Positions 1 to 13,437 of a stretch of 64,000 nt of DNA are shown here, piece after piece; position 1 is the stretch's first letter; every line of letters begins with the position of its first letter. The translations under genes and the position numbers were made by a program. Origin of the DNA: Lama guanicoe (Eukaryota); contig MU054098.1 in assembly GCA_013239625.1 (NCBI GenBank), positions 372,001 to 436,000 on the forward strand. Reading direction: 5' to 3'. Below the pieces are notes generated by a model that was given only the letters and a program-made list of their open reading frames with translations, was not told the origin of the DNA and did not search any database.

Positions 1-121
1 GGTTTTTTTTTTTTTAAGGTTTTACAGGGCATTTATGAAAGCCTCAGAGAAAGGGGATAAAAGAAGAGAGTACAATGCCTGCAAATTAAGTAGAATTAAA
101 GAAATAACTTTTCTGTCCTAT

Positions 122-174
122 ATCTTCATGTGATTTTCTTTTTTTATTGAGTTACAGAATCTTCATGTGATTTT
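122..174 (-). mobile_element. Ultra-truncated L1-type insertion (21 nt) with perfect 16-bp TSD
   Basis: ATCTTCATGTGATTTT at 122-137 and 159-174 flanks ctttttttattgagttacaga (T tract plus ttattga, like the L1 3' ends elsewhere in the window). Confidence 0.65.
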
Positions 175-1839
175 ATAACACTTTCGGGGCCAAGATAAAT
201 GGAAAGAGGCCATTATATATAATTGATTATAGAAATATAGAAATAATTTAAAGTAATTTCTTTGAACATAACATTTTAGGTATTAAAGCATATTGAACTC
301 TGAGAGGAATATAATCAAATCTTCAAAGCATTGAACTATTTTCACATCTGTTGCTCCTACCTCACACAGTATACTGTGCTGTTTATTTTTGTTTTCTGTT
401 TTATCTTGAGTAATGCTTTCCAGATACATAGATCTTTAAAACTGTTCATAAGTATGACTTTTGAATGTGTGGATGGACAAGTTTTCTTGAGGAACTTATG
501 TACAATTTTATAATGGGAAATTAATATGCAAATAGAATGTAATGAATAGAATTTCAGGAATGTCTTTTTAAAAATTCAGTAGAGAATACCTGCACGTGCA
601 ATTGAACGCAAGGAAACTTTCTTGAACTTGGTATGGTTATACCTTAGAACCACAGAATTTTAATATTGTCAGTGATCGTATAAGTGATCAGATATAACCA
701 CTTCCTAATGCAGGAATCCCTGACACATCTAGTTGTATATTTTCAGTGATGAACAAATCTTTGTGTGTGTCTCTGAGGCAGCCCTAATTCTCTTTTGCAG
801 AACTCTTATTTGTTTTCTTTCTTACTTTGAACTAAAATACATACCCCTACCATTTTTATCTCTTGGTCCTAGGACTGCCACGTGAAGAGGTATAGATAAT
901 GACATCTTTTCTTCCTTCAGATATTTATAATCTCTTATGTATCTGCTTTCCATTTACCAAACCTGTTTTTTACCAGACCTGTTTTTCTGTAGCTTAAATA
1001 TCTTTATTACTTGTGTTTCTTTCTATATTTCTATTCTTTATTCTTTTTTATTTTTAGCTATTTCCATCCTGAAAATATCCCCTTTTATTAAGGTCTCTCT
1101 TAATGTTATACTCACAGCTGAACAGAAGATGCCAGATGTGATCTAACAAATTCATAATAAAAGGGGACCATTACTTTCTTTGACCTGGACACTTAATATT
1201 TTTAAAGATTTTATAAATGTTATACTTTGAGTCTATGGCTCTGTAATTTCTTTTTCTTTCTTTTTCATTCAGTTTTTGGCCCTACGTTCTAAATTATATT
1301 ACGTGAGATAGTTTTTGGATAAATGAAATTTCAAAAATATTTAGGATTTTTAGATTTAGTCTAGTATTTTTAAATAGAATACTAAAAAATATAGAAAATC
1401 ATTATGTCATTAGACACTATAAAATTATTGTGCTTTAAACTCTCAAAATCAGTAATAGTGGATAGATTCTGTTAGGAAGGCTAGTTGACAATTATAAACC
1501 ACATAATGAATTTGTTTGAGTATTACCTGTCACTGGAACATTTTTCCCATAACACTCTTCTATAAGAATGTGGTAGCCAGCTACAGTGAAGTTCTGTCAT
1601 TAGACCTAGGAAATGCTCTCAAGCCTCTAATCCCCAGCAGAGTATTTTGTAGAGTACCCATTGGTGAGTGGGTCAGTTTCCTGTGCCTGGGTTTATTTCT
1701 TCTGGAATGTGATAGCTACCTATCAAATTTCTATGGGTTTTCTGTATAGAAATCTTCAGTATTAGACACCTTCAGAAAGAAGCCATATTATTTATTTTAA
1801 AGGGCATTTTCCCCAAATTTTATTACCTATCATTTGGAT

Positions 1840-2412
1840 AATAACCTATATATACTCAACACAACAGCAAAGGTGATCCTGTCAAAACGTAGTCAGATCA
1901 TACCTCTGTGTAAAAGTTTCTGGTTCCTGCCCACATCTCTGAGTAAAAGACAGTCTTACCCCACCCTCCATCCTAGTCTTCCCCTTGCCCACTTCCCTCT
2001 AGTTATATTGGATTCCTTCCTGTTCTTAGTACGTCAAGCATTCTCTCCTTAAGAGCCTTTACGTTTATTGTTCCTTCTTTTTGGAATATTCCTTTCTTAT
2101 ATATTGGCAAGACTCATACTCTCACCTCTGATAATACTGCTCAAATATCAGCTCCTTTATGAAACAGTCTAAATTGCTCATGTCCAGCCACTACTACTAG
2201 CACTGCCATTGTCGTTTATCCTGCTCTTTTTTTTTTTCCATGACACCTGGCAACTTCTAGCATATTATATAATATACTCCCCTTGCTGGTATGTAAGCTC
2301 CATGAGGAGCAATGAGGGTGGGAATTTTTGTTTGATTTATTCATTGATGAGTCCCCAGCACCTAGAACAATGCCTGGCAAATAGTTTGTATTTGGTAAAT
2401 ACTTGTTGAATG
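1840..2412 (+). mobile_element. LINE2 (L2) 3' fragment
   Basis: Ends cccagcacctagaacaatgcctggca...aaatacttgttgaatgaa, the typical L2 3' terminus. Confidence 0.75.
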
Positions 2413-3401
2413 AAGATGCCTTAGATATAGCTTGAAAGGAGTATGTAGGATACATTTTTAAAATCATCTGTAGGTTAGATGATTAGATATTCTTTACTAT
2501 TCTTTATCTTTTGAATTTGCCCTCCTGCCTTTTTTACTTTCCATAAAACAATATATGTATCTGTCACTTGTCTTCCTTCAAGCTAATGTCATTTCCACTG
2601 AAAGTTGGAAATTGGGGGCAGTAGCAGTAGAATATGAGTATCATTTGCAGTATGTCTGGAATGACTGCTGCCAGAGAGAAATCTTATTGCAGATTTTCCT
2701 TTTTTGTTGATGTGATAATAAGAAAGGGAAGGGAGAGGAGAGCACAGTTAATTTAAGCTCTTCTTTATCCTCTTATTATGGAAATATATACTGTTTACCT
2801 TTAAACCAGGGCTTGCATTTTAACTTAACCCTAAGACATTTCTGATTTACATCTCCTAGAATGTCTTTGGGTTATGATGTGAGCCACACAACACTTTGAG
2901 TTTGTAATTCCTCATATTTTGTATCCCTATGAGAAAGAAATTTAGTTAAATCAATTCTGACCATGATCCTTGCTTCTCCAACTCACGTCTGTAAATCCTC
3001 GACTTTCTCAGCTTCTGCCCAACGAGTATCTCAAAACAACTACTGTAATTGACAAATTATCACAATTGATAGCTGTCTTTTATTTTACCTCTGAATGAAG
3101 AGCACCTAGATCATGCTTACTTCTAGTTTTAGTTGGTGAAAGTGGTCTTTAGTTAAGATTTTCCAAAGGCTGACTTATGTAGTACAAGTTATAACCTCAC
3201 ATTTTTGTGCAAAAAAATTCATGTTACCTGTGCTGAGTTGATTCCATGATGCAATATAATTAGAAATCTGCCAGATAATCCATGTTTAGAGAAAAACATT
3301 AGAGGTAATTTGCTAGCTATTAGCCATGTGCTTTAATTTAAAAATTGAAATACATCTGTATTTCTCAGTTTCTTATAATTTTATTTTCTTGTTTTCCATA
3401 G

Positions 3402-3507
3402 GATATTAGCTGCAATGAGATTCAGGTTCTTCCCCAACAAATGGGGAAATTACATTCACTTAGAGAGCTAAATATAAGAAGAAATAATCTTCATGTGTTG
3501 CCAGATG
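3402..3507 (+). CDS. LRCH2: LRCH2 exon (~4), LRR: DISCNEIQVLPQQMGKLHSLRELNIRRNNLHVLPD
   Basis: ttttccatag| acceptor, G|gtaaga donor, 106 nt, LxxLxLxxNxL pattern. Confidence 0.96.
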
Positions 3508-3590
3508 GTAAGATGCTCACTATTTCTACTGACATGAATAAGAGAATAACTATGTAAAATTTAATTTAATTATTTTTCATTTCTGAACAG

Positions 3591-3727
3591 AATTAGGAGA
3601 TCTTCCCTTAGTCAAGCTGGATTTCTCTTGTAATAAAGTGACCGAAATTCCAGTTTGTTACAGGAAGCTGCATCATTTACAAGTAATAATTTTGGATAAC
3701 AATCCATTGCAAGTACCACCAGCACAG
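3591..3727 (+). CDS. LRCH2: LRCH2 exon (~5), LRR: ELGDLPLVKLDFSCNKVTEIPVCYRKLHHLQVIILDNNPLQVPPAQ
   Basis: ttctgaacag| acceptor, CAG|gtttgt donor, 137 nt; follows an 83-nt intron; overlaps ORF 3638..3862. Confidence 0.96.
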
Positions 3728-4711
3728 GTTTGTAATAAAAAAAAGATACTTATTTCTTATATTTTTATTCAGAATTGTATGTTACTGGTAAGCCAAAAAA
3801 CATCAGAATTGGGAGTCAGTTTGATTTTGAGGTATTATTGTTGTCTAAAACAGTTTTTCTGAGAAGTGACTTTTTTCACCTTGGTAGGTGTTTTAGCCTA
3901 GCTTCTAGAGAACAGGATTTAGAAAACACAGACATCAACTTCCTGCTTGTGAACTGATGGTTCTGGTTGTCTACGTTATTTTGAAAGGATAGACTATGGA
4001 GTCTCTGCTTCTGTCCTACTCAGGTATATATCTACTTGAGATTTATTGTATGATTGATTGGAACACATTTTTAGCACTGATAGGTGGGATCGTAAGAGAA
4101 AGAACAAGATACAAGTGGAAAAGTATTAATCTACACTTTTAGTTTGAGGACTAAATCCATGTGGAATCCACTAAAGTGGTAGCAAAGGAATGCACTGTGC
4201 TCTAAGCCCATAAGGACAAAGAATGACAGAGAAGAGGACAGGAAGGGAGGGATGGCAACAGAATTTTGGAAAATGGAAAATAGGTGGAATAGTGGTGATT
4301 AGGGTTTCTACTTGCACTGGACAGGAGTATCTGGCTGAGGAGGCACATGGTAGTGAAGTGCCAGCCTGAACTCTGCTTCCAGGCTGTGTGTCCTGGCACT
4401 GGGTTTGTATACATCCAGAAGATGGGTTACCTTTTTCTTCCTACAAGGGTACATTCCACTCATTGCAAAGGAGGTACCTTTTCTAAATTCAAATAAAAAC
4501 TGGCTGGGGTTCTGATAGTAGCTGCTTTAGTAGGATGAGGAAAGCTGAAACTTGTGTCTGCTATAGGAGAAGGCAAAAAGAAGCAAATTGATTTTACTGT
4601 GTTAAATCTGGTCATGTCTTGAGTATTTCTTCGGTGATTATTGGAGGAAACATGTAATTCTGAATATAGGGATGAAAGACTGAAAACATGAAGGTCTGTT
4701 CCAATATCTAA

Positions 4712-4922
4712 GGCTGTGCTATCCAGTAGAACTTTCTGGATGATGGGAATGTTCCGTAATCTGTGATGTCCCTTACCATAGCCACTTGCCACGTGTAGCT
4801 ACTGAGTACTTGAAATATGGTTAGTGCAGCTAAAGAATCACAATTGCAATTTAATTTTATTTTGATTAATTGAAATTTAAATAGCTTTGCATGACTAGCG
4901 GTTAACATATTGGACATTACAG
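4712..4922 (-). mobile_element. MER3-like hAT-Charlie DNA transposon relic (copy 1)
   Basis: gtgctatccagtagaactttct...atgttc...tagccacttgccacgtgtagctactgagtacttgaaat...tattggaca. Confidence 0.75.
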
Positions 4923-5111
4923 GTATAAGATTTACACTCTCAGATTCTTGCCCTTAGCTCTGCAGCCGCATGGCTTCCCCTCACTTGCCTTAGCAGAAGC
5001 CTAGGGTTGACTCTGAGAAGTAGGTAGATTTTCTCAGATTCCTTTCTTCAGTTTAGCAGCCAAATGAGTATTGCTCCTTGCCTCAGCATACGCCTGGAGT
5101 TTACTCTAAAG

Positions 5112-5310
5112 TAGCGCTGTCTGCTAGCACTTTCTGTGGTGATGAAAATGTTCTGTATCTTCACTGTCCACTATGGTAGCCACAGGTGGCTATTGAGTAC
5201 TTGAAAGTATATAGTGTGACTGAAGAATTGAATTTTTAGTTTTATTTAGGATAAATTTAAATTGAAATAGCCACATGTAGCTAGTGGCTACTGTATTGAA
5301 CAGCATAGCT
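5112..5310 (-). mobile_element. MER3-like hAT-Charlie DNA transposon relic (copy 2)
   Basis: agcgctgtc...ctttctgtggtgatgaaaatgttctgtatct...tagccacatgtagctagtggctactgtattgaacagca. Confidence 0.8.
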
Positions 5311-6384
5311 GTAGAGAGACTCAGCCAGAGTCGAGGACTCCAGGTATAGTTATGGGCAGGTGTGAGATCCCATACTGAAAACTGAATGCGTACACACTGA
5401 ATGTTGGGACCCTTCAGTAGACTTCTCTTGCTTGGCTCCCAGAGTGCTTGCAGCCTGTCTTATATACCTCAAGCGGGATTGGTGGATTTCTCTCTTGGTT
5501 GATTGAACTAGGAGAAAAAACCCTATAGATACACTGATCATTGGCAGTCCCCTGATGAACTGTGTAGTCCCTGTCTGATCACTAGACAGTGAGGCTCATT
5601 ATAAACTTCCATCTCACATACAGAGCTTCCATTTGACTTCTTATTGTTTCACTTTTGAAAATAAACAGACAGCCACGGATCACTAGACATTGCAGAAATA
5701 ATCTCTAACATGAAAGGCAGAGACCAAGGCACTGAGAGGCTTCCATTGAAACAAAATGGGTCACATTCATAGCAGTGGTAATCAGAATGACTTCTCAGTA
5801 GCAGTGTGGAAAGCTGGAAGTTGTTAGAATGATGCAGTCAAAGACTGAGGGAATATTTCCTACTTTATACACTCAAACTATCAGTCAAATGTAAGGTAGG
5901 AAAAAGACAGTTTCAAACATGCAAGTTCTCAGAAATTTTAGCCTCCTGCACCCCTAATTAGGAAGCTAGCAGAGGGGTCCTATATGAGAATGAGGGAGTC
6001 GATTAAGAAAGAAGAATTCTTCATGTCCAAGATTGACAGGTATGCATAGACCTAGAGAGCAACCAGTCAGTTTGGAATGGGGGATTGTCTCCAAAAAGAA
6101 AATAGAAAAAGAAGAAAGAAACTGATAGATGATGTGTTTATCAATATGGAGAGAGATGTTTTACAGTTCTGTCAGAGTCAGGAATGAATTAGTAATAGGC
6201 ATACAGAAGATTATGCAAAGGGAAAAATGGGGCAATTAGTCACTTCAGGAAAAACAAAAACTTACATGAGAAAAGAAATGTAATCTCACTAACTTATGTA
6301 GTTCATCTGTGAATACTTTCTTGGTCATAATATTATAAATATGAGATTTTGATTTAATGAAAAATTATGACCTACTTACAATAA

Positions 6385-6605
6385 TAGCAAAGATTTATAT
6401 AGCACTTACCATGCTCCAGGCACTATGCATTAACTCTTTTCTTATAACAACCCTATAAACAAGTACTGTCATTATACCTCATTTTATGTAGGAGGAAACA
6501 GAGGCATAGATGTTTAGTGACTTGTCCAAGGTCACATGGCTAGCATCCGTGGCTTCAAACCAAGGTAGTCAGACTCCAGAGTCCATCCTCTAACAACTAT
6601 GCTAT
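6385..6605 (-). mobile_element. MIR SINE
   Basis: gaggaaacagaggcataga...tgacttgtccaaggtcacatggctag core. Confidence 0.75.
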
Positions 6606-8086
6606 GCTTCTGAAGGAGAAGTATGTTTATATGAGTTGATGAGGATTGGCAATGGGAGGATGGTAGTGGTGGTGTTAATGATATGGGATGGTAGTTGTGG
6701 TGATATGAGAAATCTAAGTTCTCATCTTGCTTAGTAAGACCTCAATAAATAAAATCTATAATTGAAAAATTAAAAAAGCACCTGAAGCATATTATTTATA
6801 AACAGGAAGGTATATAGCAGAAGCCAAGTAAAAGATTTGAATATGGGGACTGCGTCTTAGAGATTGAAAGAGGTGAAATGGGGGAATTAACTTTTTGTCA
6901 ACAGTTTTAGAATTCTCTTTGATTTTTAAAACTATATACATGAATTATTATGATGTAAATTAAGTTTACAAAAGAAAATAATTTACCAGCATTTAATTCG
7001 GTAATGAACCATAATTGTTTTAATAGGATACATTTTAATTGGTAATGTATTTATATTCTAATAGCTCAAAAGTTTTAAATTTTTCTTTTAAATGCAATTT
7101 TTTAATGGTCAGATCAGATCTGCTACCTATTAGATTTAGCTAACAAACATTCTTCTTTATACCTGGGATGATAATTACATTTTAATGTACTTTTCCTACT
7201 GCTTTCTTTGTTGATTCTTTTTGTATGTGTTGCTCAGTTATGTGAGGCCATAAAATAAAACATTTTTAATTCTAGTTTTTAAGAAATATTTATTTGATAA
7301 CACGGTGACTACAGTTAACCTTTGGAAAGCTGGCTTTTTGTTTCCCTACTGCTCATTGTCTATCTTTTTTATGTAGAATATTTTCTTTCACATAGTATTT
7401 TTTTCCCCATTAATCCTTTTCTTTATCACCAATGAAAATAACTTTCAGGATATTATCTTAGTTGAATTGAGTGTTCAAAAAATTGTTTCATTCTAACTGA
7501 CCTGCTGTCACACCTTTGAACAAACTCATTTTTCCTGTATTTAGATTCTTTTGATTAGCTTTCTTCTAGTGTTTAGACCAAATGACTTAGTGGTTCTGAT
7601 GAGATTACTTTAAAGAATTACATGGATTTTTTTTTCTTTTCTCACCACTACAATGAATATATTTCTTTTGGCTTTTTGTTTTTTGTTTGTTTGTTTGTTC
7701 ATTTTTATTTATTTTTTATTTTAAAATTTATTTTGTTTTTTATCTCTTTGCTTTTTTTTAAGGCAAGTTTCATGAATTATAAGTTTTATATTGTTTAGTG
7801 GTTTGTACATTGTTCTTTTAACAAAAATGCTTTAGTGAAATACAGAAAAATGAACTTATTTTTTCTAATAAGAACAGAGACCGTAGTAGAATTTTAGTTG
7901 GTGTCAGTGTTGTCAGTTATTTTTCAACTGGAATCAGAAGTACAAGTTATTTGAATATGCAAAGTATCTATTGTGATTGTGGTGTCTCAGAATAATTAGA
8001 GATTATTAAAATGTAAAAATAAATTGGTAGATGACATTTATATTTGGACCTATATAATTAAATCTTTTTCTGTTATTTATTGACAG

Positions 8087-8220
8087 ATATGTTTAAAGGG
8101 TAAAGTACACATATTTAAATACTTAAATATCCAAGCATGTTGTAGAATGGATAAGAAACCAGATTCTCTGGATCTTCCATCATTGAGTAAAAGAATGCCC
8201 TCCCAGCCTCTCACAGACAG
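8087..8220 (+). CDS. LRCH2: LRCH2 exon (~6): ICLKGKVHIFKYLNIQACCRMDKKPDSLDLPSLSKRMPSQPLTD(S)
   Basis: ttgacag| acceptor, AG|gtaatg donor, 134 nt; LRCH-family ICxKGKVHIFKYL motif. Confidence 0.96.
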
Positions 8221-9199
8221 GTAATGTAATATTCTGACAGTCTCATTTCATCATGATTATGCCTTCTCTTTCTATAAAAGATATTGATTGATCTTGAATG
8301 TACTGAGTATATTTAGGCTGATTGGCCTAGCATTAAAATCAGTAATTGAAAAACAAACAAATAAAAAAGTCAGTAATTGGCTGAAATGAAATATCACCGT
8401 CATACAATGAACTTCTGGTATATTAGGATAAATTTGGAATTTTCTCAGAAAATGTATTATTAAAGCTTTTGATAGTAAAATGTAAACATTTGACATTATA
8501 ATGCAGAAACACTATAATTTCTCAGCACTTGACAACTGTTAATTCAGTCCTGCGATCACTCTATTGTACATTTGTAATAACAAGTAGAATTTGACTTTGA
8601 ACTGGGGTTAGTGGAAGAGCAAGACATGTGGGGTTACCTTTCACCTTCATGTTCTTTATGTCTGGATCAAAAACGATTTATCATTGGTGTTCTATATGAT
8701 ACTGGTGTTTTTCTCCTTGTGAGATTTTGAGATGTTAGATTTAATGCTCTGTTTTTAATTCATCCTTTTGAGATGTAGGTTGATCTGAAAGATTTTATGA
8801 AAACAGAATTCCATCCAATAGTAAGGAAAATAATTTGAAGTTGGATGAGACTACAGAAAGGGAGACTATGCTCCTGCTTAAAATATTTAAAGCCTTGCCA
8901 TTGTATTTATGACATAGTTTAGACTACTTGGAATGGCAGTGTAGTAAGCACTGTTGTTAACAGTACAAGTTGTTGAATTCCCAATTAGGACTTTTTTTTT
9001 AATATTTCTGTTGCCTTAGTAGAATTAAATATCTGAACATTAAATTTAGTTACTAAAGATTATTTTGTTTAATATTATGAATGATAGTAGACCACGCAAT
9101 TCTATAAAAATTAGACTTAATTCATATACTAATCTCTATTACTCTGCTTTATATTTATTTAAAAATTAATTTACTTTAGTAACAGCATTCATTATATTA

Positions 9200-10270
9200 G
9201 GCATTCATTTATTTCGCAAATATCAGTTGAGTGTCTACTGATAGGTTCAGGGTATGTTTTGTTGAATGGCATACACATTGGTCTTGGCCCTCGTGGAGCG
9301 CACATCCCAGCAGAGGAGGAGTCAGTCAGTAAACAAAGCAAGAAAATACACACACACCACACACACATGTATAATTTCAAATTGTGATGAATGCTTTGAA
9401 GGAAAGGGGATTGTTTCAGAAGTATGGTCAGGGAATGTGTCTTTGGGAAGGTGAGGTTTTAAATCAGGATCTGAAAGGAGCAAAGCCTGCTGTGTAAAGA
9501 GGGAGGGGAAGAGCATTTCAGAATGAATGACATGTGCAAAAACCTTAAGCTAGAAAGAAACTTGGTGTGTTAAAAAAAAAAAAAAAANNNNNNNNNNNNN
9601 NNNNNNNNNNNNNNNNNNNNNNNNNNNNNNNNNNNNNNNNNNNNNNNNNNNNNNNNNNNNNNNNNNNNNNNNNNNNNNNNNNNNNNNNNNNNNNNNNNNN
9701 NNNNNNNNNNNNNNNNNNNNNNNNNNNNNNNNNNNNNNNNNNNNNNNNNNNNNNNNNNNNNNNNNNNNNNNNNNNNNNNNNNNNNNNNNNNNNNNNNNNN
9801 NNNNNNNNNNNNNNNNNNNNNNNNNNNNNNNNNNNNNNNNNNNNNNNNNNNNNNNNNNNNNNNNNNNNNNNNNNNNNNNNNNNNNNNNNNNNNNNNNNNN
9901 NNNNNTAGAAAGAAACTTGGTGTGTTATAAAAAAAAAAAAAACTGAAAGGAAGCCAGCATCGTGGTACAAGTTCATTTTGGAAAGGTAGTCATGGCTTAA
10001 GTCCGTGTGGGGTCTTTGGAGGCTTAGTGATAAGGAGTTGAGTTTTACTTAAAGTACAATAGAAAGTCATTGGGCAGTTATAAGCAGGGGAATAACATGA
10101 TTTGAAATATGTTAAAAAAAACTATTTTGGATCTTATAGAGAGAATAGATTGGAAGTAAACAAGAGTAGAAGGACAGAGTTAAGTTGTTGTGGTACTGCC
10201 AAGAGATTGAGCATTATTGCAGTGAGATGAAAAGGAGTGGACAGAGTTGATATGTATTTTGGAGATGGTC
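9200..10270 (-). mobile_element. L2 fragment interrupted by an assembly gap
   Basis: cattcatttatt...aaatatcagttgagtgtctact start, followed by purine-rich L2-like body. Confidence 0.6.
9588..9905. other. Assembly gap (318 N)
   Basis: Run of N in the sequence. Confidence 0.99.
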
Positions 10271-10275
10271 TCTAC

Positions 10276-10583
10276 CAGTGCTGTCCGATAGAAATGCAAT
10301 ATGAGCCACATAAGTAATTTAAAATTTTCCTACCCATTAAAAAAGCAATAAACAGGTGAAATTGATTTTAATAATACCTGTTATTTAACCCAATATATTA
10401 AGTTATTTCAACATATAATTAAATATAAGAATTAGTGAGTTATTTCATATTCGTTTTCTTCCTTTTAAATCTTTGAAATCTAGTGTGTATTTTACATCTA
10501 TAGCATGTCTCACTTTGGGCTAGTTACATTTTAAATGCTCAGTGACTATATATGGCCAGTGGCTTCTGTACTGGACAGTGCAG
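10276..10583. mobile_element. MER33-like hAT-Charlie relic
   Basis: Ends cagtgctgtccgatagaaat and gtggcttctgtactggacagtgcag are inverted; internal aaacaggtgaaattgattttaataata. Confidence 0.75.
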
Positions 10584-11664
10584 GTCAGTAGAGTTTATTT
10601 ATGAGCTGGCTCTTGGGTGTGCTAATCTTACCCACAGCCAGTATTGAATTACTTAGAAAGTTCTCATATGTACTTTCAAGTTTCACACTCATGTCCTTGG
10701 CTATATGGTTCTTATTAGAATACTCTTGCATGCCTTGACTACTTCGTAAACTCTTTATTCTACATAGATAAGCATTACAGTAAGTATGCTTACCATCAGC
10801 TTTTGGAGTCAGACATAGTATACCTGTGAAGCTCTTCTCCAAATCTTAATAACTGTATGTCCTTGTGTCACATCGCTGGCCCTCAGCTTTCTTATATGTG
10901 AAAAGGAAAATAATCATATGGATGCTGTCAAGATTAAACAAAATAATGTATATGGGATACTTAACACAATGTCTTACCCATGGGTGTATTATTGTGCAGT
11001 GGAGTCAGATGGATTTTGATTCTAATCATGGTTTAACCTCGTTATTCCTCTGTGGCCCTGTGTAAGTTATTTAATCCCTCTGAGCCTGTTTCTTTATTTA
11101 AATGTTAATAATAGCCACTTCATAAGCTTGTTGTGAGAATTAAATCTATGCTTGGCAATTAGTTCAATAAATGATATTCAGTAAATATCACAACATTTCC
11201 CCTTCAGAAGTGAACTTTTGTAAGCTTTATTATTTTCATTTGTAAAAGGAAATAATAATGCATAAATTGTATAATGTAAAGATTATAAATAAAATATGAG
11301 GTGCGCCTGGCACAATATCTAACATAATGTAGACACTTAACAAATGCTAACAATTATTGCCTCTTTTCATCCTTCCAGATTAATCTCAAATGTCACTTTC
11401 TTGGGTGAGGCCTTTCCTAACCTTACCAAGGCAAATTAGTTGATCTCTCTTTTCTAATAGCACTTTATATTTACCTTTGTCATAGTCTTCAAAACATATA
11501 AACATACTCTCTTCCCCTCTGGGCTGAGAACCCTTTGAAGCCAAACATTTTAAAATTCATCACATCTCACCTCAGGAGTTTAGTGTAGTACCTGACACTT
11601 GGTAATAGCTTCCCTGACTTTGTTGATATACTCCTGAAAAGTATAAAATCAGTATTTGGGGAAG

Positions 11665-11890
11665 AAGTATAACATAGTGATTAAGATCAGGGACTTTAGT
11701 GCTAGATAATCTTGGGATCAAATTTAGACTGCCATTTGCAAGTGCATGGGCAATTTGTTTAACCCCTCTGGCCTCAGTTTCCTCTTCTATAAGATGGGGA
11801 AGCACCAATAACCTGCTAGAGTTTTCACCAGGAATGTGTAACGTATCTTTAAAGCACTTAGCCCAATTCCTGGCACATAATCAGTGGTCA
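11665..11890 (+). mobile_element. MIR SINE
   Basis: ggcctcagtttcctcttctataagatgggg core; aaagcacttagc...cctggcacata tail. Confidence 0.75.
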
Positions 11891-12477
11891 GTTGAATATA
11901 AGGTAATTTTGCAAATTAAAGGGAAAAATATTTTGCAACCTGGGAGGCATACTGTAATTCAGAAATTTGCAAAGACAGCTCTATCCTCACACCAAAACAA
12001 TTGTTTATTCAGTGCTTTGTAGACTTTTTTTTTTACCTTTTTTCTCTTCTTAGTTATTAAATGGGCATTATTTATAAAACTGAAAATATTTTTAGAACTA
12101 ATGAAGAAGAAACGGTATGAATCAAAGTTTAAAAATATTTCAGCATTCTACGGTGAAATGTGTCAAACTGATGAGAAAAATGGAAAGGTCTTTATTAAGA
12201 TGATTTTCTAGCAGGGATGTCTGCTTTTCTGAATCTCTCAGGAGAAATAATAGGCTGTTGTTAACAATTTTTACAACAGAGCACATGAAGAAAAAGTTTT
12301 ATATGAAGGACACAAATAAAGTATTATGTATTATCTGATATTTTTCTTCTCATGTCTTTAAGGATCTTAAGCATCAAAAGTATATATTCTGTGTTATTTA
12401 GGGAAATTTTAGGTCAATTCTGTATTATCCATTTAAGAAGAAAACCCTAACTGCCATTAGAATTTGTATTTCCATAG

Positions 12478-12565
12478 TATGGAAGATTTTTATCCAAATA
12501 AAAATCATGGCCCTGACTCTGGAATTGGAAGTGATAATGGAGAGAAACGATTATCTACAACGGAA
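12478..12565 (+). CDS. LRCH2: LRCH2 exon (~7): MEDFYPNKNHGPDSGIGSDNGEKRLSTTE
   Basis: tttccatag| acceptor, GAA|gtgagt donor, 88 nt; DSG-x-x-SD motif typical of LRCH proteins. Confidence 0.95.
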
Positions 12566-12871
12566 GTGAGTCTTTTCTATTGTTCATCTGTTTTATTTTA
12601 AAATTTTATTAGAGCTTTGAAATAGATGGATACTTGCACACACTTCATTTATTTTGCTTAAAATATCATCATTGCATTTTATGACTTCAAATAAAAAAAG
12701 GACATGTACATTTTAAAAAGCAGAACAGTAAACCTTATCATTACTAATTTTTGATTTGAAAACTGGAGATTTAAATCAGATATTCTATACTTTATATGTG
12801 AAATTAAAGCAACTTAATTCTTATCATATATTTAAAATACCTCGTTTTTACTTTTTGCTTATTCCTTTCAG

Positions 12872-12983
12872 CCATCAGACGACGACACAATCAGCCTTCA
12901 TTCTCAAGTCTCAGAATCAAATAGAGAGCAACCATCAAGAAATGACAGCCACTCAATAGGAAGTAAACCTGATTCTCAGAAAG
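12872..12983 (+). CDS. LRCH2: LRCH2 exon (~8): PSDDDTISLHSQVSESNREQPSRNDSHSIGSKPDSQK
   Basis: cctttcag| acceptor, AAG|gtaatt donor, 112 nt, phases consistent. Confidence 0.94.
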
Positions 12984-13186
12984 GTAATTGATATGGTGTC
13001 TGGTATTTTTATTTCATGTTCATAGCCCTTATTAAAAATGAGTATTTTATTAAAAATGGGCTTTGAAAAATAATAATATCTTTGGCCAACTCTTTTATTG
13101 AGAAAATATATTTTTTCTAAGCACTGCAGTGTCAGAGCACACTGTTTACTATTCATATTTTCTAATAAAAATTAATCTATACTTAG

Positions 13187-13284
13187 ACCAGGAGGTGTAT
13201 GATTTTATTGATCCCAACACAGACGATGTAGCAGTTCCTGAGCAAGGAGATGCACATATCGGATCATTTGTCTCTTTCTTTAAG
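13187..13284 (+). CDS. LRCH2: LRCH2 exon (~9): DQEVYDFIDPNTDDVAVPEQGDAHIGSFVSFFK
   Basis: acttag| acceptor, AAG|gtaaag donor, 98 nt; within ORF 13129..13311. Confidence 0.93.
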
Positions 13285-13378
13285 GTAAAGAAAACTTTGA
13301 ACAAATATTAATAGTATCTTCTTAATCTCATAAAAGTAACCCATACAATTTAAAATGATAACTTTTTTTTTATATAAG

Positions 13379-13437
13379 GGAAAAGAAAAAGGTCCTGAAA
13401 AATCTCAGAAAAATGAAGAATTGGGAGATGAAAAAAG
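13379..13437 (+). CDS. LRCH2: LRCH2 exon (~10): GKEKGPEKSQKNEELGDEK(R)
   Basis: poly-T then tataag| acceptor, AG|gtaagc donor, 59 nt; follows a 94-nt intron; required to keep the frame. Confidence 0.9.
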
